A DNA stretch of 64,000 bases. It comes from Nitrospirota bacterium (GTDB lineage: Bacteria; Nitrospirota; Thermodesulfovibrionia; UBA6902; DSMQ01). The stretch spans positions 25,904-89,903 of the forward strand of contig JACQXB010000023.1 in assembly GCA_016208965.1 (NCBI GenBank). Direction: 5' to 3'. The notes beneath the pieces are model-generated. The model was not told the origin of the DNA. It worked only from the letters and a program-made list of their open reading frames with translations, and did not search any database. The translations under genes were made by a program, and so were the position numbers. Shown here in pieces: positions 30,656-39,307 of this stretch (its first letter is position 1; every line of letters starts with the position of its first letter).

Positions 30656-32002
30656 TTAATCCTTAATTTTGTTTATTAAATAATCAAGCTTTCTACTGAA
30701 ATCCCCATCAGTGCTTCTCCGCTTTTCAACCTGCTTGCAGGCATGTATAACAGTTGAATGGTCTTTACCACCGAAGCCTTTGCCTATCTCAGAAAGAGAG
30801 GTATCTGTAAGAGCCTTGCACAGATACATAGCAACCTGCCTTGGAAAGACAATGTCCCTGCTTCTTTTCCTCGCCTTTATATCGTGTGGTTTTAGTCCAT
30901 AGTATTCACATACAGTCTTTTGTACAAACTCCACAGTTAGAGCCTTCTTCTCTTCGTACATCATATCGTTGAGAACCTCTTTAGCCATTTCAGTAGTTAT
31001 AGGACTGCCTGAAATTGAAGAGTAAGCGCCAAGTCTTATCATACATGACTCTAATTCCCTGATATTTGACTTTACCTTGTCTGCTAACAAATATATCACA
31101 TCCTCTGGGAGTTTAATACCTTCCATTTCAGACTTCTTCCCTAATATCGCTACCTTTGTTTCAACATCAGGCGCCTGAATATCTGCAATAAGTCCCATAC
31201 CAAATCTTGACCTCAAACGTTCAGTGATGGGAGATATATCTTTTGGGGGTCTATCACTTGAAAAGACAATCTGTTTATGTGAATCATAAAGGGCATTAAA
31301 TGTATGGAACAGCTCATCCTGTGTGCCGGTTTTCCCGGCGATGAACTGTATGTCATCTATAAGCAGAACATCAAGATCTCTATATTTTCCCTTAAATTCG
31401 TTCATTTTGTCATTCCTCATAGAATAAACAAATTCATTAAGGAATTGCTCGACAGAGGCATATAAAAGCTTGATGCCCGGTACCTTATCTATTACTAAAT
31501 CTATTACTAAATTCCCTATTGCATTCATTAAATGGGTCTTCCCGAGCCCCACCCCACCATAAATAAATAGTGGATTATAAGACTTACCAGGGGAATTAGC
31601 AACCGCCATTGCAGCAGCGCGGGCAAATTGATTGCAATGACCTTCCACAAAACTGTCAAATGTATACTTTGGGTTAAGGAAAATACCCTTGCTTGCAAGC
31701 CTTGCCTTTCGGTTCTCTAACTTTGCCTCAACCTTTCTCAGGGTGGCATCCTGTTGTTTATCTGAAATCTTAAATTTAATTGACACCTGCCTCTTAATGA
31801 TCTTCTCTATCACCTCGTTAATTAACCCTATGTAATGGTCCTCAATCCACTCTTTGAAAAACCTGTTTGGTGTCTCAATCGTGAGTTGTTGGTCTTGAAG
31901 TTGTATTAATTTAAGAGGTTTAAACCAGAGTTCAAATGTCTGGTTATCAATCTTCTCCTGGATAGCATCAATGGCTTTCCCCCAGATATCATCTAAATCC
32001 AT
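30656..32002 (-). CDS. dnaA: Chromosomal replication initiator DnaA
   Basis: NPLFIYGGVGLGKTHL, LLIDDIQF, RLRSRF, GGKDHSTV. Confidence 0.98.
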   Translation of the reverse strand: MDLDDIWGKAIDAIQEKIDNQTFELWFKPLKLIQLQDQQLTIETPNRFFKEWIEDHYIGLINEVIEKIIKRQVSIKFKISDKQQDATLRKVEAKLENRKARLASKGIFLNPKYTFDSFVEGHCNQFARAAAMAVANSPGKSYNPLFIYGGVGLGKTHLMNAIGNLVIDLVIDKVPGIKLLYASVEQFLNEFVYSMRNDKMNEFKGKYRDLDVLLIDDIQFIAGKTGTQDELFHTFNALYDSHKQIVFSSDRPPKDISPITERLRSRFGMGLIADIQAPDVETKVAILGKKSEMEGIKLPEDVIYLLADKVKSNIRELESCMIRLGAYSSISGSPITTEMAKEVLNDMMYEEKKALTVEFVQKTVCEYYGLKPHDIKARKRSRDIVFPRQVAMYLCKALTDTSLSEIGKGFGGKDHSTVIHACKQVEKRRSTDGDFSRKLDYLINKIKD

Positions 32003-32290
32003 ATCTACAATCCCCCTGGAATCAACCCTTACCCAAAAATTACCTTGTGATATACACCTGTTAATTTGGGTTATCTAAGTTATAAACATAATGCTAACAC
32101 ATTGTTGATAACTTTATAGCAGGCGAAATAGTTTTTTTATTTTAAGGATAACTAACACCCTAAGCAGAAGAAATGAATTAACCTTCAACCCCAAACTTCT
32201 TGCTTAGTTAAGATATCATACCTTAGCTTATTCAGTATAAGCAAGATATTTTCCATAAAATTTGCTAATAGAAAACCGCCCTTTTTTGTG
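32003..32290. other. Probable oriC region
   Basis: AT-rich region upstream of dnaA with one-mismatch DnaA boxes (TTATAAACA ~32080, TGTTGATAA 32103); predominant gene strand switches here. Confidence 0.5.
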
Positions 32291-32294
32291 TCTC

Positions 32295-32324
32295 TTGACA
32301 TTTGTTAACCACTATGGTAGTTAA
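32295..32324 (+). promoter_or_regulatory. Promoter and near-palindromic operator of the TrmB gene
   Basis: TTGACA at 32295, followed by TTAACCACTATGGTAGTTAA. Confidence 0.6.
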
Positions 32325-32328
32325 TAAT

Positions 32329-33117
32329 ATGATTAAAGACAATGTTATCTCAAGGTTAATGCAACTTGGGCTTTCAGAATATGAAGCGAGGGCATATATA
32401 TCCCTACTAAAAGAAAGCCCCGCAAGTGCCTATGAAATCGCAAAAAACTCAGGTATCCCTACCTCAAAGATATACGAAGTCATCAAGAAATTGCAGTCAA
32501 GAAAAATGGTGCAGTCTATCCATGGTGATCGGTCAAGGATTTTTATCCCGCAATCCCCTGATGAGTTTGCCAGTACCATCAGACTTGCAATGGAAGATAG
32601 TCTTGGGGCTATAAAAGAGGAGCTTAAGGAATTTAAGACAGATATAGAGACAGACTATACCTGGAGTATAAGGGATTATGATGGTCTTATACTTAAAGCA
32701 AAGAGAATAATTGATACCGCGGAAAGTACCATCCTATTATCCATATGGCCCCAAGAAATGGAGTTGTTATTGAATATGCTTACTACTGCAGAGGCTCGAG
32801 GGGTAAAGGTGATTGTAGTACACTATGGGGCAACTAATATAAAAATAGGACGGATCTTCAAACACCCGGTAGAAGATACAATTTATGCTCAAGGTGATAT
32901 AAGAGGCTTTGCAATTACTGTTGATTCAAAAGAGGCACTTATATGCAACATCAGCAGAAAAAAGATAGAAGCGATATGGAGCATGAATAGCGGGTTTGTT
33001 ATAATGGTAGAGGAGTATATTAGACATGATATTTATTTAGTAAAAGTTATCACACGTTTTGCCCCGTTGCTTAAAGAAAAATTCGGGGATAGATATGAAG
33101 GGCTCCGGGATATTTAG
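32329..33117 (+). CDS. TrmB-family transcriptional regulator
   Basis: LGLSEYEARAYISLL, YEIAKNSGIPTSKIYEV. Confidence 0.9.
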   Translation: MIKDNVISRLMQLGLSEYEARAYISLLKESPASAYEIAKNSGIPTSKIYEVIKKLQSRKMVQSIHGDRSRIFIPQSPDEFASTIRLAMEDSLGAIKEELKEFKTDIETDYTWSIRDYDGLILKAKRIIDTAESTILLSIWPQEMELLLNMLTTAEARGVKVIVVHYGATNIKIGRIFKHPVEDTIYAQGDIRGFAITVDSKEALICNISRKKIEAIWSMNSGFVIMVEEYIRHDIYLVKVITRFAPLLKEKFGDRYEGLRDI

Positions 33118-33191
33118 AACAAAAACTAGTGTAGCGTTTCATAAATAAGCTGTCATTCCTGTTTTCACGGGAATGACAAAAAATAATAACT

Positions 33192-34571
33192 ATGAGCAGT
33201 CAATCATTAAAAAAACATCTTGAAAGATTAGATAAAAAATATCTTTGGCATCCATTTACGCAGATGAAGGAGTGGGAGAAGGAATCTCCTATAATTATTA
33301 TAGAAGGCAGAGGTTCCTTTATTAAGGATATCTCTGGTAGATGGTATCTTGACGGTGTATCATCAATCTGGGTCACAGTCCATGGACACAGAAAAAAGGA
33401 GATTGATGATGCAATAAAGGGGCAGATTGAGAAAGTAAGCCATTCAACATTTCTTGGTCTTACCCATCCTCCTGCCATAGAACTGGCAGAGAAGATTATA
33501 ACAACTATTAACTCGTCACTCGTCACTCGTCACTCGTCACTATCTCGTGTCTTCTATTCTGACAATGGTTCCACTGCTGTTGAGGTTGCCCTTAAGATGG
33601 CTTTTCAATACTGGAAACACATAGGTGTTAAAAGCAAAACACGATTCTTATCCCTTAATAATGCATACCATGGAGACACAATTGGCGCAGTAAGTGCGGG
33701 AGGTATGGATATGTTTCATAAGGTATTCTCTCCACTGCTTTTCAAGACATATAAAGCACCTTCACCTTACTGCTATCGGTGTGAGTTCGGGAAAGAGCAT
33801 CCCTCCTGTAAGCTTTACTGTCTTAAAGTAATGGATGGCATGATGAAAAGATATCACAAAGAGATAGCAGGATTAATCATTGAACCTACTGTACAAGGAG
33901 CAGGAGGTATGATTGTCTCCCCACCAGGATATCTAAGGGGTGTAAGAAAATTATGCAGTAAATATAATGTCCTGATGATTGCGGATGAGGTTGCAACTGG
34001 TTTTGGAAGGACAGGTAAGATGTTCGCGTGTGAACATGAAGATGTAAGCCCTGATATTTTGTGTGTTTCAAAGGGGATTACAGGGGGGTATCTGCCGCTT
34101 GCTGCAACAATTGCCACAGAAGAAATATACAATGCCTTCCTTGGGGAATTTAAAGAATTAAAGACTTTTTTTCACGGGCATACCTATTCAGGAAACCCGC
34201 TTGCCTGTGCCGCTGCCCTGGCAAACATAGAGGTGTTCAAAAAAGACAAAACCCTGAAGATGATGCAGAGGAAAATTGAAATCTTAGAGAAAGGACTTAC
34301 GGAGATAAAAAAGCTTCCCCATGTTGGAAATGTAAGACAGAAAGGTTTTATGATAGGGATAGAGCTTGTAAAAAATAAGAAGACAAAAACACCATATCCC
34401 TTTGAAGAAAAAATAGGGTGGAATGTATGCCATAAGGCAAGAGCTCAAGGGCTCCTCTTAAGACCACTTGGTAATGTTATAGTGTTAATGCCGCCCCTTA
34501 GTATTTCCCATGATGAGTTAGAAATGCTTACCTGTATAACAGCATCAGCTATTAAGGAAGCAACAGGTTGA
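33192..34571 (+). CDS. bioA: Adenosylmethionine-8-amino-7-oxononanoate transaminase
   Basis: LWHPFTQM, DNGSTAVEVALKMA, ADEVATGFGRTG, FFHGHTYSGN. Confidence 0.95.
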   Translation: MSSQSLKKHLERLDKKYLWHPFTQMKEWEKESPIIIIEGRGSFIKDISGRWYLDGVSSIWVTVHGHRKKEIDDAIKGQIEKVSHSTFLGLTHPPAIELAEKIITTINSSLVTRHSSLSRVFYSDNGSTAVEVALKMAFQYWKHIGVKSKTRFLSLNNAYHGDTIGAVSAGGMDMFHKVFSPLLFKTYKAPSPYCYRCEFGKEHPSCKLYCLKVMDGMMKRYHKEIAGLIIEPTVQGAGGMIVSPPGYLRGVRKLCSKYNVLMIADEVATGFGRTGKMFACEHEDVSPDILCVSKGITGGYLPLAATIATEEIYNAFLGEFKELKTFFHGHTYSGNPLACAAALANIEVFKKDKTLKMMQRKIEILEKGLTEIKKLPHVGNVRQKGFMIGIELVKNKKTKTPYPFEEKIGWNVCHKARAQGLLLRPLGNVIVLMPPLSISHDELEMLTCITASAIKEATG

Positions 34572-34612
34572 ACCTCAGGATTTGTTTTAAAAAAATATGG
34601 TATTATCTTACA

Positions 34613-34689
34613 CGGGGCGTAGCGCAGCCTGGTAGCGCACACGGTTCGGGACCGTGGGGCCGAAGGTTCAAATCCTTTCGCCCCGACCA
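34613..34689 (+). tRNA. tRNA-Pro(CGG)
   Basis: CGGGGCG/CGCCCCG acceptor stem, anticodon loop TTCGGGA, encoded CCA. Confidence 0.95.
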
Positions 34690-34797
34690 TACAAATTTCA
34701 TCAAGCGAAATTTGCAGTTAAAAGTGAAAAGTTATAAGTGTAGGAATTTTAGCCTTAACTTTAAACTCTTAACTCATAACTTTTAACTGTTGTTATC

Positions 34798-34871
34798 GCC
34801 CCTGTAGCTCAGAAAGGAAGAGCAGAGGTTTCCTAAACCTTGTGCCGCAGGTTCGACTCCTGCCAGGGGCA
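34798..34871 (+). tRNA. tRNA-Arg(CCT)
   Basis: GCCCCTG/CAGGGGC acceptor stem, anticodon loop TTCCTAA, GTTCGACTC. Confidence 0.93.
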
Positions 34872-34921
34872 TTAAATTTTTAGTTTGATAATTCCAACTT
34901 TAGTTATATAATGATATCCTG

Positions 34922-35893
34922 ATGAAGGCTCTCGTTACAGGGGCATCAGGTTTTATAGGTAGTCACCTCGTAGAAAAACTTCTAAGCAGTGGTTACGAGG
35001 TCTCTTGTCTGGTTAGAAAGACATCTAATTTTAGGTGGCTTGAGAACCCAAACCTAACAATCATCCATGGAGACTGTGCAGATAAGGAATCCTTAAATAA
35101 TATACGGGGTTTTGACTACATCTTCCATTTAGCAGGTTTAACAAAGGCTAATTGCGGAAGCGAGTTCTATACCGTAAATACAAAGGCTACCGAAAACATA
35201 GTAGAAATCGTGCCCAAAAATAATCCGCAGATTAGAAGATTTGTATATCTAAGCAGTCTTTCTGCATTTGGACCAAGCCTTAACAGCAAACTGCCAGATG
35301 AGAACCATAAACCCCATCCTGTATCAGATTATGGTAATAGCAAACTAATGGGAGAAGAAGTTGTGCTTAAATATAGGGATAGAATGCCGATTTCTATATT
35401 AAGACCTTCTGCTGTTTATGGCCCGCGTGATAAGGAAATATTCCTATTCTTTAAACTTATAAAAAGGGGTATCCTTCCTTACTGGGGTAAGGGTCATGTA
35501 TCATTAGTTTATATAGATGACCTAATAAATGCTATAATACTCTCGGCAGAGAAAGAAGAAGCAGTGGGAGAGGTCTTTTTTATTTCAGATGGTATGGTTT
35601 ATTCTAATGAAGAAGTAATAAATGAAATAGCAAATGCCCTTGAGGTTAAATTGATGAGGGTAAGGTTACCTAAGGCTATTTTGCCGGTAATAGGATTTAT
35701 TGGAGAAAACGTAGGGAAGGTAATAAATAAAGCCACAATGATTAACAGGGATAAGATCAAAGAACTAATGTATTCAGAATGGGTGTGTGATATCTCAAAG
35801 GCAAAGGATAAGCTCGGCTTTATGCCAAAGGTTAAATTAAAGGAAGGGATAAAATGGACAGCAGAGTGGTACAAGATTCACAGGTGGATTTAA
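34922..35893 (+). CDS. NAD-dependent epimerase/dehydratase (candidate ceramide reductase CerR)
   Basis: GASGFIG, YGNSK, RPSAVYGP; precedes an Spt-like gene. Confidence 0.85.
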   Translation: MKALVTGASGFIGSHLVEKLLSSGYEVSCLVRKTSNFRWLENPNLTIIHGDCADKESLNNIRGFDYIFHLAGLTKANCGSEFYTVNTKATENIVEIVPKNNPQIRRFVYLSSLSAFGPSLNSKLPDENHKPHPVSDYGNSKLMGEEVVLKYRDRMPISILRPSAVYGPRDKEIFLFFKLIKRGILPYWGKGHVSLVYIDDLINAIILSAEKEEAVGEVFFISDGMVYSNEEVINEIANALEVKLMRVRLPKAILPVIGFIGENVGKVINKATMINRDKIKELMYSEWVCDISKAKDKLGFMPKVKLKEGIKWTAEWYKIHRWI

Positions 35894-37074
35894 AAACAGA
35901 TATTTTTGAAAAATGCCAAAGGTTTACCGCTGCTAAAGAGGCAATGGCTGCAGGGATATATCCTTATTTCCGTGTGTTAGAATCCGCGCAGGAGCCAGAG
36001 GTAATTGTTAATGGTAAAAGGATGATAATGATTGGTTCAAACAATTATCTCGGTCTTACAAACCATCCGAGGGTAAAGGAGTCAGCGATAGAGGCAATTA
36101 GGAGGTATGGAACTGGTTGTGCAGGTTCAAGGTTCTTAAGCGGAACTCTTGACATACATGTTGCCTTGGAGGAAAAACTTGCCCGCTTTATGAGAAAAGA
36201 GACTGCCTTGGTTTTCTCAACAGGATTTCAAACAAACCTCGGTGTGATACCATCTCTTATAGGTAAAGATGATGTCGTCTTAATAGACAAAATGGACCAT
36301 GCGAGTATAATTGATGGCTGCAGGCTTTCGTTTGGCGAGGTAAAAAAGTATAAACACAATGATATTAAAGACCTTGAAAGACTTCTTCAGCAGTATAGTG
36401 ATAAGGCAAAACTAATAGTTGTTGACGGCGTATTTAGCATGGAGGGAGATATCGTTGACCTGCCCAATGTAGTAAGGATTGCTAAAAAATACGATGCACG
36501 GGTGATGGTTGACGATGCCCATGGTATAGGTGTTCTTGGTAAGACAGGGCGCGGTACTGCTGAGCATTTTGATTTAGAGGACGAAGTAGACCTAATCATG
36601 GGAACATATTCTAAATCTCTTGCCTCTATCGGTGGATTTATCTCAGGTTCAGATGATGTAATCCACTATATAAAACACTTTGCAAGGTCTTTTATCTTCA
36701 GTGCAAGCCCCCCTCCTGCATCTATATCAGCAGTAAGTACTGCAATAGATATAATTGAACAAGAACCGGAGAGACTGGATCGCCTGTGGCGCAATACAAG
36801 GAAAATGTTTAATGGATTTAAATCATTGGGATTTGATACAGGACAGAGCGAGACCCCTATAATACCTATTATTGTCGGAGAAGACATGAAGGCATTTACA
36901 ATGGCAAGGATGCTTCACAACAGGGGTATCTTTGCCAATGTGGCAGTAAACCCTGCAGTGCCTAATGGCAAAGCCCTCATACGGACAAGTTATATGGCAA
37001 CACATACGGATGAGCAGCTTGATAAGGTTCTTATGGAATTTAAAGAAGTTGGTAAGATTTTAGGGATAATTTAA
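35854..37074 (+). CDS. Alpha-oxoamine synthase, probably serine palmitoyltransferase (start may be GTG 35884)
   Basis: GSNNYLGL, GTGCAGSRFL.GT, TGFQTNLG, DHASIIDG, GTYSKSL. Confidence 0.85.
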   Translation: MDSRVVQDSQVDLKTDIFEKCQRFTAAKEAMAAGIYPYFRVLESAQEPEVIVNGKRMIMIGSNNYLGLTNHPRVKESAIEAIRRYGTGCAGSRFLSGTLDIHVALEEKLARFMRKETALVFSTGFQTNLGVIPSLIGKDDVVLIDKMDHASIIDGCRLSFGEVKKYKHNDIKDLERLLQQYSDKAKLIVVDGVFSMEGDIVDLPNVVRIAKKYDARVMVDDAHGIGVLGKTGRGTAEHFDLEDEVDLIMGTYSKSLASIGGFISGSDDVIHYIKHFARSFIFSASPPPASISAVSTAIDIIEQEPERLDRLWRNTRKMFNGFKSLGFDTGQSETPIIPIIVGEDMKAFTMARMLHNRGIFANVAVNPAVPNGKALIRTSYMATHTDEQLDKVLMEFKEVGKILGII

Positions 37075-37076
37075 AA

Positions 37077-38279
37077 TTGCTTGAGGTCCTTGCTGTAAAT
37101 AATAGAAGCTCATTTAAAGAATTCCTAAATCTCCCCTTTAAGTTATACGATAAAAATCCTTTCTGGGTGCCTCCACTCTTAAAAGACCTGAAAGAACAAT
37201 TCTCACCCCAAAACCCGTTTTTAAAGCATGCTGAGATAGCCCCTTTTATAGCAAAAATTGATGGTAAAACCGTTGGAAGAATAACCGCTATATATAACTC
37301 TGCCCATATAGATTTTCATAATGAAGCACACATGCCTCGAAGAGACACAAAAGACAATGAAAATAATCCCCCCTCGCCCCCCTTTAGCAAAGGGGGGATG
37401 GGGGGATTTTCAGGTGAGAAAACGGGTTTTTTTGGTTTTTTTGAATGCATAGATTACCCTGTCGTTGCAAAGGCGCTTCTTGAAAGGGTTAAGCAATGGC
37501 TTAGAGAGAAAGGGATAACTATACTCCGCGGACCCGTAAATTTTTCCACCAACGATGAATGCGGCTTACTTATAGACGGATATAACTGCTCACCAATGAT
37601 TATGATGCCTTATAATCCCTCATATTACTCAATGCTCCTTGAACAATGTGGATTCGCAAAGGCAAAGGACCTCTATGCATACATAATAGATGTACCCAAG
37701 ACCATCCTCCCGGAGAAAGTCTTTAGAGTCGTGAGGATTGCGGAGAAACACAACATAACCGTTAGGCACATAAACATCAAATCTTTTAGGCAAGAGATGG
37801 AGATTTTTAAAAGTATCTATAATTCAGCATGGGAGCGAAACTGGGGCTTTGTCCCAATGACCGATGAAGAAATAGACCATGAAGCAAAAAAGCTGAAGCC
37901 AATAATAATCCCGGAACTCACATTGATAGCCGAATGTAGAGGTCAGCCGGTTGGTTTTATGATGATGCTGCCTGATTTCAATTATGTCCTGAAGAAACTC
38001 AATGGCAGACTTTTCCCGTTTGGAATTCTTAAAGCCCTCTGGTATTCAAGAAAGATAAAAGACCTGCGGCTCCTGCTTCTTGGGATAAAAGAGGGTTTCA
38101 GGAAACAGGGTGTTGATGCGTTTCTATTGATGGAGGGATTAAGGGCTTTAAAAAATGGCGGTTATGAAAGGGTTGAGTTTTCATGGGTTTTGGAAGACAA
38201 TGTCCCCGTGCAAAAACTTGCAGGAATGTTCAGTGGAAGATTGTACAAGGTATATCGGATATACGAGACAAAGATTTAA
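37077..38279 (+). CDS. GNAT-fold acyltransferase (bacterial ceramide synthase/YghO-like)
   Basis: LY...PFWVPPL, GFFGFFEC, RGP.NFSTNDECGLL, YNP.YY, NWGFVP, EFSWVLEDN. Confidence 0.8.
   Translation: MLEVLAVNNRSSFKEFLNLPFKLYDKNPFWVPPLLKDLKEQFSPQNPFLKHAEIAPFIAKIDGKTVGRITAIYNSAHIDFHNEAHMPRRDTKDNENNPPSPPFSKGGMGGFSGEKTGFFGFFECIDYPVVAKALLERVKQWLREKGITILRGPVNFSTNDECGLLIDGYNCSPMIMMPYNPSYYSMLLEQCGFAKAKDLYAYIIDVPKTILPEKVFRVVRIAEKHNITVRHINIKSFRQEMEIFKSIYNSAWERNWGFVPMTDEEIDHEAKKLKPIIIPELTLIAECRGQPVGFMMMLPDFNYVLKKLNGRLFPFGILKALWYSRKIKDLRLLLLGIKEGFRKQGVDAFLLMEGLRALKNGGYERVEFSWVLEDNVPVQKLAGMFSGRLYKVYRIYETKI
37365..37408. repeat. 44-bp G/C palindromic element, copy 2 (in frame)
   Basis: Encodes NPPSPPFSKGGMGG. 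Confidence 0.95.
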
Positions 38280-38302
38280 GAAGCTTTCAAGAAACATGCA
38301 TA

Positions 38303-39199
38303 TCACTTAACTAATCGCTTTATATACCTCTCAAAAAGCCTTAGGCCCTCCATGTGTTTCTCTGTAAAATCGTACGAAATCCCTTTCCAATACCGAACAA
38401 GTTCTTTTTCGCTAAGCCATTTTATCTGTGGTGCGTGGTGGGCTATAAGAGGAAATTCTTTGTATGCATATTTTTTTGCGAGGATTAAGTCAGATGAGAG
38501 CTTCTCAATAAGTTCTTTTTTTTCGGAAAGCGCCTTTTTTCTTACCATCCAGAGTGCAAAGACAAATGGTAAGCCTGTATGCCTAAACCATAATTCCCCA
38601 AGGTCGTAGACAAACAAGGGTAAAGGGCAAGGGGTAAGGGGCAAGGTTAAAAATCCCCCCTCGCCCCCCTTTACTAAAGGGGGGATGGGGGGATTAAACC
38701 CGCAACTCATAACTGTCTTTCTTGCCTTCATTGCATTATCCCCTATTAGCAGGCATGCGGAGCAAAAGGATAGGAGTTTGCTGATGTTGTTGCTTTTTAC
38801 TACTACAAAGCGGCATTTTAGTGAATAAAATTCTCTCAGGATAATTTTCAGAAGGGCAACAGAGGTTTCAGAATCAGAAGACACTGCGATTGTTTTTCCA
38901 CTAAGTTCATCTAAATGAAGCTTTGAAAATAAAAATATGCTGCATATGGGTCCCGAAGAACTTATGGAGAGATTAGGAATAATGTTATATTTTTCTTTGT
39001 ATCTTAGGTATTCTATGGATGATGATGGGCTTACATCTATCCCTCCATTCCTTAACATCTTGTTGAGTTCCGATGGCACGCCGCGAGTAAACTTATATCC
39101 AGAATGGCCGCATTTGTTATTTAGGTAATAATAAATGGGAACTAAGTTTGCGTATGGGATTTTACCTATTTTTAGAGTAGATTTATTTTTTTTTAACAC
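38303..39199 (-). CDS. mqnA: Chorismate dehydratase (futalosine pathway)
   Basis: IGKIPYAN, PSELNKML, SETS, LLIGDNA, DLGELW...TGLPFVFALW. Confidence 0.9.
   Translation of the reverse strand: MLKKNKSTLKIGKIPYANLVPIYYYLNNKCGHSGYKFTRGVPSELNKMLRNGGIDVSPSSSIEYLRYKEKYNIIPNLSISSSGPICSIFLFSKLHLDELSGKTIAVSSDSETSVALLKIILREFYSLKCRFVVVKSNNISKLLSFCSACLLIGDNAMKARKTVMSCGFNPPIPPLVKGGEGGFLTLPLTPCPLPLFVYDLGELWFRHTGLPFVFALWMVRKKALSEKKELIEKLSSDLILAKKYAYKEFPLIAHHAPQIKWLSEKELVRYWKGISYDFTEKHMEGLRLFERYIKRLVK
38652..38695. repeat. 44-bp G/C palindromic element, copy 3 (in frame)
   Basis: Encodes NPPIPPLVKGGEGGF on the minus strand. Confidence 0.95.
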
Positions 39200-39307
39200 C
39201 TGATAATTTTATCATAGAGACAAAATTATAACCAATCTATTAAACTACTTATAAATAATTTTAAAAATTATTAATTATTTTTAAACTTCTATAAGGAGAA
39301 ATGACAC

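Noticed and set aside
34445-34786. ORFs overlapping tRNA-Pro
   Set aside because: Artefacts of translating the tRNA and the adjacent heptamer repeats.
35854-37074. Annotation as bioF because bioA is nearby
   Set aside because: It is separated from bioA by two tRNAs, and its motifs and flanking genes fit Spt better.
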